Shown here: piece by piece, positions 16,356-25,700 of the stretch
How positions within the stretch are numbered: the first letter of the stretch is position 1
Layout of the letters: every line of letters starts with the position of its first letter
Source of the DNA: Kiritimatiellia bacterium
Lineage (GTDB): Bacteria > Verrucomicrobiota > Kiritimatiellia > RFP12 > UBA1067
Length of the DNA stretch: 51,301 bases
Assembly: GCA_017631385.1 (NCBI GenBank)
Contig: JAGBTH010000029.1
Location: 1 to 51,301, forward strand
Reading direction: 5' to 3'
The notes under the pieces: model-generated
Database searches by the model: none
The model's input: only the letters and a program-made list of their open reading frames with translations
Told to the model about the DNA's origin: nothing
Position numbers and translations under genes: made by a program

Positions 16356-17075
16356 TTAGTAAGGGCAAGCGATTTCGATATCAAAGGTAAGACCATTCAT
16401 GTTGTCAATTGCAAAACCAGCACCAGGCTGAAGAGTTACATCAACAACATTGCAACCGTCGTCTCCCCAATATGCAGTTGTAGCCTTTTCTTCAGGATCC
16501 ATAGAAGCGTCCCAATAGCAATACATTGTCTCAGGATTACCCTTAGGTCCAACAATCTGCATAACGTCACCCCAACCAACAGAACCTGCACCATCGTCAT
16601 TTAAAACAACAGCACTAAGATTAATAGGAGCGGGGAAGGGATTACCAGTCCAGTTAAGACCTTCGCGAGCGGCAAAAGTAACCTTCTCGGAAGGAACCTG
16701 GCCAGCGTTCTGAATTGCATATTCGTAGGCATTCATGTTATCAAATGCAATTCCATCACCAGCATCAAAGGATACATTAACGGCATAGCAACCATCGTCA
16801 CCCCAATATGCAGTTGTAGCCTTTTCTTCAGGATCCATTGAAGCGTCCCAATAGCAATACATTGTCTCAGGATTACCCTTAGGTCCAACAATCTGCATAA
16901 CATCACCCCAACCAACAGAACCAGCACCGCCGTCATCAAGCTTGATGTCCTGAATGTCAGTCGTGTTAGCACCAACCGTGAAGAACTGAGGAGCATACCA
17001 GTTCAAACCCTCACGAGCAGCCGTGTTATTATACCCAACAAAAGTAGCTATAGTCGAAAAAATGAATGCTGACAC
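16356..17075 (-). CDS. Tandem two-domain 'IVGY-family' protein (cassette 2 gene 1), apparently 5'-truncated
   Basis: The ORF opens only at a GTG immediately after an in-frame TGA. Just 11 residues precede FVGY, and there is no signal peptide or SD. Internal 336-bp-period duplication, about 95% identical by eye. Confidence 0.6.
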   Translation of the reverse strand: MSAFIFSTIATFVGYNNTAAREGLNWYAPQFFTVGANTTDIQDIKLDDGGAGSVGWGDVMQIVGPKGNPETMYCYWDASMDPEEKATTAYWGDDGCYAVNVSFDAGDGIAFDNMNAYEYAIQNAGQVPSEKVTFAAREGLNWTGNPFPAPINLSAVVLNDDGAGSVGWGDVMQIVGPKGNPETMYCYWDASMDPEEKATTAYWGDDGCNVVDVTLQPGAGFAIDNMNGLTFDIEIACPY

Positions 17076-17117
17076 TCATTTCACCCAATAAAAATAGGGG
17101 TGAAATCAATACTGACG

Positions 17118-17170
17118 TTTTCCTTCCCTCGTTTTCCCCGTTCTCGTTTTCTCCCCATTTCTCCCGTTTT
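17118..17170. repeat. Orphan pyrimidine array (CGTTTTCYCCC-type)
   Basis: ttttccttccctcgttttccccgttctcgttttctccccatttctcccgtttt, located immediately outside the truncated end of cassette 2. Confidence 0.7.
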
Positions 17171-17340
17171 ACACGGTTGAAAGATACAGTAATCGTCAGT
17201 AAGCTTCAGAACTGTCAGTAAGCGCTCGAAGCCTTTTTACCCCATGCGCGGTTTTAGGTAGGTCACTATGGCGTACACCTTCTGCCACACCTGGAACATA
17301 CACCAATCCCCTCATCCCCGTCAATGCAAAAGTAAAAAAG

Positions 17341-18678
17341 TTAAATTTTCTTAGGCAGCCTTAAGTTATGAAACACAACCTTTCCCGCAACGCTATCGGG
17401 TTGCATCAAGCCAACCCTTATACACTTTCCTTTATAAGGAATTAGATCTTCATATTTAGGCAAATTTTTTATGGTCGCGCCATCTACAATCTGGCTCAAC
17501 CACTCATAATCTTTTTGATAATCTTCAGATGTATAATTTGGCTTAAAACACAATTTCACCTCACACAAACCCGTTATCGAATCATCACTACAAAAAATCG
17601 AAAAAATATATTTACGCGACAAAGCCCAAAGTTCAATCCATGAAATTTCAAGGCAAACCGTTTTAGTTATTAGATTCTCATTCCAGTTAAAGTCGCTCCC
17701 AACCCTAAACTCCTCCCTATATCTAAAATTCAAAAAATCTACTGTTTTTTTACTCACCTCATCGCTAAATATCTCTTCACAAGAATCTTCCTTAAGTTTT
17801 CTTTTGCGTTCTTCCTGATCGGCTAAATCTTTCGCCCTATACTCCTCCCATTTCTTATGAGCGTCCTTTCGACTTTTTATCCAAGCGCGTTTGTCCTGCT
17901 CCCTCTTTCGATGAGGATCATTATAAGCATCTCTTATTTCTTTCAACTCCCGCTCAAATTCTAATATTGAACCATCAAAACACATGCTTATGAATTTATC
18001 CCTATTCACCCGCGCACAAATACGAAAAGCGTCATCATTGACTTTCGGAACTATACATATTAAATCCTCATCAGACTCTGGATTAAGCATAGTTCCATAA
18101 CAATCTAACCAAAGAAATCTTTGAGAATTCACCCACGCTGACGGTAAGATCTTTTCAAACTGATTTTCCAGGCTCCATAACGATTGATTTGCTTGAGACA
18201 ATCTGTTTTTATGTTTTTCAAACTCCTCTAAAAAATTTCTATCATGTTCATCCCTCGTCATTGAGACGATCCACATCATTGTGTCATAAAAACACTCTCT
18301 TTTTCTCGCCTCCGCCGCAGTCATTGGAGAATATTGTACTTCCAATACAATCCCCATATTAGTCTTAATGTCTGCAATATGCTTGAGAGAATCCCTTTGT
18401 ATTACCACCTCCTGCATTTCTTCTGGAAATTTATTCTGCCAGTACAAATGCCATCGACCTTTAGGCTGATACCAATCATCACATTGGTTATTCTTATCAA
18501 TATGACACCAATGATGAGCTCTTATATCACCCTTTTTTGCAACAAGCCGACTTCCACATAAAGGACAACTTCCATGCTGCGCCCTTTGTGCATCTTCTAT
18601 ATCAAGCCTAACGCCATCAACTATCGCGAAACGCCAGGCGCACCCCAAAGAACAATTTATATTATCTACGTCTGACAT
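17341..18678 (-). CDS. CoiA-like (competence protein CoiA family) nuclease-domain protein with a roughly 250-aa uncharacterised C-terminal extension
   Basis: CPLCGSRLVAKKGDIRAHHWCH zinc-ribbon/His motif, then WHLYWQNKF...HIADIKT...VLEVQYSPM...MMWIV, matching the CoiA PD-(D/E)xK layout. Confidence 0.65.
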   Translation of the reverse strand: MSDVDNINCSLGCAWRFAIVDGVRLDIEDAQRAQHGSCPLCGSRLVAKKGDIRAHHWCHIDKNNQCDDWYQPKGRWHLYWQNKFPEEMQEVVIQRDSLKHIADIKTNMGIVLEVQYSPMTAAEARKRECFYDTMMWIVSMTRDEHDRNFLEEFEKHKNRLSQANQSLWSLENQFEKILPSAWVNSQRFLWLDCYGTMLNPESDEDLICIVPKVNDDAFRICARVNRDKFISMCFDGSILEFERELKEIRDAYNDPHRKREQDKRAWIKSRKDAHKKWEEYRAKDLADQEERKRKLKEDSCEEIFSDEVSKKTVDFLNFRYREEFRVGSDFNWNENLITKTVCLEISWIELWALSRKYIFSIFCSDDSITGLCEVKLCFKPNYTSEDYQKDYEWLSQIVDGATIKNLPKYEDLIPYKGKCIRVGLMQPDSVAGKVVFHNLRLPKKI

Positions 18679-18735
18679 TTTTACTTTTATTGCATATTAC
18701 TCCCATCATAAATATCTTTTCGCTAACAAAACCTT

Positions 18736-18876
18736 CTATATAGTCGCAATAAGAGCATCAAGAGCCTTACGGAGGCGCTCAATTTCTTCAACCTCGTTAT
18801 GCTTAATAGCATACGCCAGGAGTCCTTCAAGACGCCTTATCTGCGCTAAACGCTTATTCTTTTCTTCTTTATTCAT
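18736..18876 (-). CDS. Small 46-aa helical ORF between the DUF3800 and CoiA-like genes
   Basis: MNKEEKNKRLAQIRRLEGLLAYAIKHNEVEEIERLRKALDALIATI. Below the track cutoff and co-oriented with its neighbours. Confidence 0.3.
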   Translation of the reverse strand: MNKEEKNKRLAQIRRLEGLLAYAIKHNEVEEIERLRKALDALIATI

Positions 18877-18906
18877 GCTATGGTTATTATACCATAATCG
18901 AACAAA

Positions 18907-19605
18907 TCAGATTTCTTTGCGCTTAATCCGCTTTAGGATGTTACGTTGGAAATTTCGCTGACCACCGAAAAAGCGATTTTCAGATTTCGTCAATTCGCCC
19001 CCATCCTGGAGCCTAACTTCGATCAGGCGAACTGTACATATCAAATCCGCGACCTGAAGTAATTTATACGAATCCTGACGTACCCCCTGAGCAAATTCGA
19101 GCGGACTCGGTAGATTCTTAGTAAAGACCTCTTCTAATAATCTACTCACCTGCTTCTGGCCTGCATCGTAATAAATCTTTACTTTATCTATACACTCAAA
19201 CAACTCTCGATGTTCTTCAATAAAATCGACAAGCTGCCCCATAAGGCGATCAAAAACCTGCTGTGTCGTATTGATGAATTTAGTATCAACTCCAATGCAG
19301 TGATATTTGAAATCAACCTTGCGTACAAACGTCATCATTCGATCGAGAATCTTACCACGCATTGGACGGCTCATTGCCGCGTATTCATCTTCCTGTCGAA
19401 TCAATGGCCCCATATGAAATCTGAAGGAATCCGAATCAAGACCAAGATCATAATTTGAGCGATTCAACTCTTTTACATACTGTGAAATATCAGCTGTCTG
19501 ATCATGAAAAACAAGCGTCACAATACAATAGCGAGCAGGATCGTCAGGGTCTCCAAAGTTCCCTGATTCATCAACAAAGACGCTCAATATGTTTTGATTG
19601 CTCAT
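18907..19605 (-). CDS. DUF3800 family protein
   Basis: N-terminal VFVDESGNFG and C-terminal LLQVADLICTV are the two hallmark motifs of DUF3800. Confidence 0.7.
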   Translation of the reverse strand: MSNQNILSVFVDESGNFGDPDDPARYCIVTLVFHDQTADISQYVKELNRSNYDLGLDSDSFRFHMGPLIRQEDEYAAMSRPMRGKILDRMMTFVRKVDFKYHCIGVDTKFINTTQQVFDRLMGQLVDFIEEHRELFECIDKVKIYYDAGQKQVSRLLEEVFTKNLPSPLEFAQGVRQDSYKLLQVADLICTVRLIEVRLQDGGELTKSENRFFGGQRNFQRNILKRIKRKEI

Positions 19606-19646
19606 TTTTACAAAAACAAAAGTGACAGGAAGTTATCCCGTCACTT
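19606..19646 (-). terminator. Rho-independent terminator of the phage structural operon (after the giant gene)
   Basis: Stem AAGTGACAGG / CCCGTCACTT with one mismatch and a 7-nt loop, followed on the minus strand by TTTGTTTTTGT. Confidence 0.7.
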
Positions 19647-19755
19647 AAGGCGAAGACGATACCTCCGCGTCCAGATGACTCGGGCGTTAGCCTTTGTCGG
19701 CATAAATTATATCAAAATTTGTTACTAACTTGCAAGGATGCCGAAATTACAAAAA

Positions 19756-22700
19756 TTACTCCTCATCCTCCTCCAGGTTCTCGCTTACTCGTCTTGCGTC
19801 TCTTACAATGGGATTTAAGCCCGCTGCCAAGTCAGCTATAGCGTCGATAAGCTCATCGGTCGTACGCTCCTCGTCAAAGACCGCCTCCATTACCCGTGCC
19901 GAATCGCCTATCGTCCTCTTAACAAACGACTCCATAGGAACCATATCGTTCCTCGATGCCGCCCAACTGCCCTTCAGGAACCTGTCGAGCGTAGCCTTAC
20001 AGCAAAAGCCGAGAACAAATAGAGAGTTATACGGCCCAAGTAAACACCCGACAACCCAGTCCGCTATCTGATCCTCTGGCGGCTCACTCCCCAACATCGC
20101 CTTATAAAGTTCGCCCATCCAGTAATAGAGACTCGAAAGAATGAAATGGTTAAGTATAACGGTATTAGCCACTTTACCGGCATTCTTAAGCGAAGGATCT
20201 GCAATCATCGCCCTAATCGCCTTAACCTCGTACTGAAGATACTGCTGCTGAGTCGTAAGGAACTGATACATCATGCGCCCTAAACGGTTGCGACGCTGTA
20301 CGCTCGTCTGATTCTCCATGCGGCCTGACTGCTGAGTTCGCTCAATAATCATCCATGTTTCAGCCATGGCGTTTTCTTCGCTCATGCCTCGCGCTATACA
20401 ATCACGGTATATCCCCTGGCCGACGACAAGACCGGGAACCAAATCGCCAATCTTATTCGTAATCATCGAAGCTTGCATAAAGCGCTTAAACCATCCCGCG
20501 TCATTCTTAGCGAGCGCGTTCTTAACGGCTTCCGTATTACCGACTTGCCACCTCGTTTTACGCTGCTCTGAGGCGAATAGCTTTTTCATCGCTTCCATCC
20601 CGGCGGGAGTAAACGCCTCTACGACATAGCGGGCAGTTTTAACAAGACCAATTTCAAAACCGAAAGCGGGAATTGAGGTCGTCTGCTTAAAGGTGACGCC
20701 TACATTGCCGCCCAAGGCGCATAACGCGGTCCAGCCTCGGATCTGGTCGCTTACCCACTCGATGCCGTTTGTCGTCCTGTCGTACGCTCCATGGCCTGAA
20801 AGAATATCGGTAATAAAGCCCAAGACAAGCTGATTCGCCCTGTTGCCGTGACTTGCGACAATCGTCTCCTGGAGCATACTTCTGCCGAAGATGCCGCGAA
20901 GCTCCAACCCAAGTTTCGCGTGTCCCTTCCACTGCGCGGCCTCCTCCATTCGACTCGCCCATATAGCGAATATATCCTGAGAGGTATCGAAGTCTCTTAA
21001 GTTAAAGACGCGCGGCGTTAACGCTTTAGGAAAGATAGTCCAGGAAACTCCCTCTACTTTCTCTAAGCCCTGCTTTTCCAAAAGCATCTTAACAGGGAAA
21101 TAGTTAGCCGCTTCGGAGTATACGCCGATACCAAAGAGAGTCTCACTTATATCAGAAAGCTCCTTGCGATTAACCTCATACCACTTGCCTAACCAGTTTA
21201 TGAGGTTCATATCCTCCGCGCTCAATAGCCGCGCTATCTCACTCGCCTGACCCTTTCGACCCCACTTTTTGACATTCTCGAAATAGTGGCTGCCCTCCTT
21301 CTCACCCTGAAGAAGAGAAACTAAAAGCTGCATCGCTCTACCTTTTGTAGGCATAACGCGCTTACCGCCCTTTAGCCCCATGAATTTTTCAAATCGTAAG
21401 TCTTCGCGGTTCATCTCAGACATGACTTTCTTAAAGCTCATGCGATATATCTTCTCAACCGCCTCATGAAAATCATCCCCATGACGCCGCATTTCACTCG
21501 CGCTTCTATCGCCCGCCTTTTGGATCTCGCGCATCAGGTAATTTACAAGCTCCAGAGCCTGAGTCTTATCGCCCTCGGCTGAAAAGCGCATCATATCCTC
21601 CAAGAGCGACGCAAAGCCCATGTGCCCCATGAGATAATTGCCGAGCGCCTGATTAAAGCCCTTCTCGACGGCATGACTTGAACGCGGATTAAAGAACGCT
21701 TTAGCGAATACCGCTGCCGCCGCTTTTGTGCGTCCTTCACGCTCCTCCATCGCCTCAAGAACCTTACCCCTCGCGCCTTGAGCTAATTCCTCCCAATAAC
21801 GCAAAGCAGACTCAATCTCTCCAGGAGTCTTATACTTCAAAGCTCCAAACTCGCGCAAGATAGAGAGCTTCCTAATCGTCTCTACATAAATTCGGCTTTG
21901 CTCAAGCTCACGCCCCGCTTCCTCATATTCAAGCGCCATTGAGGTAAGTTCACGCGACAATTCACTCGCCTCATTACTCGCGGCCTCAGGAGTAAGCCAC
22001 ATTGCATGGAGCATATACCTCGCCCTTAATTCAGCCTCCGCTGTTACCTTGCGCTTAAGCTCCTCCTTATCAGGCTTAAATCGGCCCGTCGCGCCAAACT
22101 CCTTTTTAAGAAGCTGCTCAAGCTTTTTACAAAGTTCTTCCCTCTTCTCGCGAATATGCCGCGCATGGATAATCTCGCCAATGTACGTCATCTGCGAGAG
22201 AATGCCGCGCTCAGTAGGAATATTCTCAAGCTTGAGTATCTGCTTAAAGGCGGTATCTCTGCTTTGAGAATACATAATCGACTTTACGAGCTTCTTATAA
22301 ATATTAGCTGCCGTTTTGCGGAGGAACTGAATAGCGAGACGATTCATCCAGGGATTCGCCCCTTCGGGGAGACCATGCTTTTCTCTCCAATACTTGGCGG
22401 CGAGATCTCGAACGTACTCCGCGAAAACCTTGGGGTTTTCCATCGTCTCGACATTAAGAGACTTTTTCTTTTTCTCCTCTTCACCCTCGGCTCCCGTAGC
22501 TGTTGAAGACGTATCAGCTTCTTCCTCATCTTCCTTCTTTGTCTTCTTACCTAATACGCCGCGCTCATCAGTAAACTTATTATGTAAGGCGTTAAGTAAT
22601 GTCTCTGTAAAGTCGACTCCAGCCCAAGCCTCGAATACATCGCTTTCGATACCCGCCTCAACACGCACCGCCTCATCCATCACCTCGGCTGTACGCCGCT

Positions 22701-25700
22701 CAAACATTGCCTCAGCCTTAGCGCCAAATGCGCCAACCTTCGCGCCCTCCCGCCCTTCGCGGCGCATTTCGCTCATGAACTTAGGCTTTAATGAATCATT
22801 AAGCGCCTTTAATATAGCGCTCTCGCTTACGCCTTTATCGAGACCCGAGCGGATATTACGCGCAATTTTAAGAGTCTCCCCCTGAACTGCTAAGGCGCGA
22901 GACCTAAGCTCATCGCCCGACATAGTTGGATGCGCCTTTTTAACCATCTTCATGACGGTATCAAACTTTAGAGCGCTATTCATTCTATCTTTCTTATCGA
23001 GCGCCAAACGACTCGCCAATGCAGCCGCAATTAGCGAATCATCATCCATTTCCGACAAACGCGGGAATGATGTTGAGAATTGAAATGCCCCCTGCGTCGG
23101 CTTAGTCGTAACCTTCCGACGCTCCTCTTTACTTAAATGTCCGAAGAGGTCTCTATTAGACGCAATTCCGGACGGCGCTTTAGAATCTCCTTCGCCTCGA
23201 CGAGCGACTCCCTTGCTTGCAAAATCGAGCGCAAGCGACGGCGCCGCATTTGAGAACCAATCCTGGATCCCAAATACGCCCGCCGTCCCTTTAACGATAT
23301 ATGCCTGGAGTTCACTACCTGTAGCCTTTCGTAAGTCGATGCCTAAAAACTTATTGGCAGATTCAACGCTATTTATTCTACCCTTTTCAATGACACGTTG
23401 CAATAGCCTCTCAGTAGGCTTAATTCTCGCTCCGTTCGCGGCGGTCGCAAGCGTCGTTACAGCGGAAACTACGCCGCCCTCACGAATAATATACTCCATT
23501 AAAGATACCGTCGTCTGGCCGGTCGTCCATACATCATCGACGATAACATACTGAAAGCCCTTTTCGACCTTACCCGCGAACTGAAATTCTCTTGAAACGC
23601 GCTCTTTTAGGGTAGCTCCCGTATTACGCTCATCGGAGACTTTCATAATGTCGGTCTCGACTTCACCGCCGAAAGCGTCCGCTAAGAGTATAGCGTACGC
23701 TTCAGGTAAACGGTTAGTACGCTTACCGTCGTCGTTTCTTACATATACCCACTTAACAGGCTTAGTAAAATCTACAAAGTCTTTTAAGACAGGGATTCTA
23801 TTTCTTGAAAAACGATGCTTAACAACCTCAAGCGCGTTCTCAATATCCCCATAGTATTTAGCGAGAAGATATTTAGCGAGCCACTTTGATTCTTCTTTCT
23901 TAAGCCACCTATCCACCATCGGCCTTGCCTCATTGAGCATGTACCTATCACGGTAGAACTTAAATAACTCATACTTCTCAGGCTCTTTATCCTGGCCTGT
24001 TAGATGCTGAACGCTCGTAGAAGTAACTACTTTCTCAAGCGATGCGGGTAAACTATCCCAATCAAGCTTTCTCGAGGCGATAGAATACTTTGGATAGTTA
24101 AACAAGTCTTCTGTCGTCTCAGGGTATTCATTCTTCGCTAATGACTCCCATTCGCTCGACATGCTGCCTCTCGCGCTACGTATCTCTGTATCAAACTCAA
24201 AGAACGCATCCATGATAGTTACACCCCTTACTGCAAACGCAGGAGATATAGCCTTAATAATCTTCTTAACTTTACTGGGGACATATTGCCCAGGGCCAAT
24301 ATCAATTAACGCGCTTACGCCCGCACTGTCCTCCGCTCCCAATGTGGCGATTTTTACCCACTCTTCGAGAGTTCCTCCAAACTTTTCATACGCAGGTATT
24401 CGCCTTACGCCTATTGAGACATTATGCGAATTTAAGTAAATAACGTGTCCGCTCTCTCCATCATCGCGAAGGAAGTTGTTTATAAGGTCTTTTACCTGAC
24501 TTATATCCCTAAAACTTTTCGTCTTTTGAGAAATGCCGCTTATCACTTCCCACTCAGGCTGAACGACGTTTTCAGGCGCGTCCATAGTGCACTGATAATT
24601 AAACGAATAGTATTTAGTTCCATCGGTAATGATGTGATCTAAGAGCTTTACGCCTACAGCCTTTAACTCATGCTTTATTGAAGTCGTAAGCGCCTTATCA
24701 GGCTTTGAGGGTGAGGGAACGCCGCTTGGATGGTTGTGAGAGAATATAACATACGCGGTCTTTGCTGGCATATTCCGCAATACCGTACCCTTTCTTATCA
24801 TCGCCTGACCTACCTGACCGATAGTCAGGATTTTTGCATCCAATATCCTACGGCGGCGATCGAGGTAGATAGCCTTGGTTGATTCGATAAATGGGCTTCT
24901 CGCGGTCATGAGAATTGCGGCAGCATCCTCAATACTCTTTACCGACAAGCCTATTAACTCTGTCGTATTAAATTCAGGCTCCCTATAATAATCCTTTAGG
25001 ACATTCGACGCTATAGGCATAGAATGCTTTTCAGCAAAGTCGAGCGCAGCTTTCCAGTTACCTCTTAAGAAAGCATCCTCCATTATCGGACGATAATCCT
25101 TAATGAAGTTAGTGTACTTTTGAGCCTCATCAACCATTACCTTTTTGCGCTCACTCTTAATTTCGCTCCGCTCGGCATATAAATCAAGCTCCATCTGAGC
25201 GATAGCCGATTTGGGGAGAAGTACACTATCGCGTTTAGCGCGATGTAAGCGAACGGAAAACTTAGGTAACTCTATCCCGCCACGCTCCTTATCAGCTTTT
25301 TCTATTACCTCCTGACGCTCTCTTTCAACTTGAGCTAAACGAGACTTAATCATACCCTCTAATCCCTTTATGGCGGGGTACATACGCCCTAACTCCTCAT
25401 TAGTCACCATCGGCTCAGGCTTGCGGTTACTCTCTTCCTCTGTAGCCGCTCTGCCGATTCCAACAGCCTTACCCTCTGACGAAAACCTAAATGTAGTTTT
25501 ATCTGCAAATAAGCCTAACACCTGAGACCAGTTACCGTTTTCATCGTGCCACCAGCTTTTGAAATTAACTATATCACCATTAGAATCAGTCTCCATTATC
25601 TTGGTGATTTTTCCGCTATCATGGTAGCTGATTTCTACAGCGCTTCCATCATCGTTTCCGATAGTAACAGCTGAAATATTCTCAGCAGAGAACCTTACTC

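Noticed and set aside
17076-19755. A second copy of the 15-bp core (attL) at the left side of the prophage
   Set aside because: I scanned 17076-17340, 18679-18906 and 19606-19755 by eye on both strands and found no ATTGTTGG-containing match. Only the weak inverted TTGTTGG.TA at 17031-17045 is present. An exact computational search is still needed.
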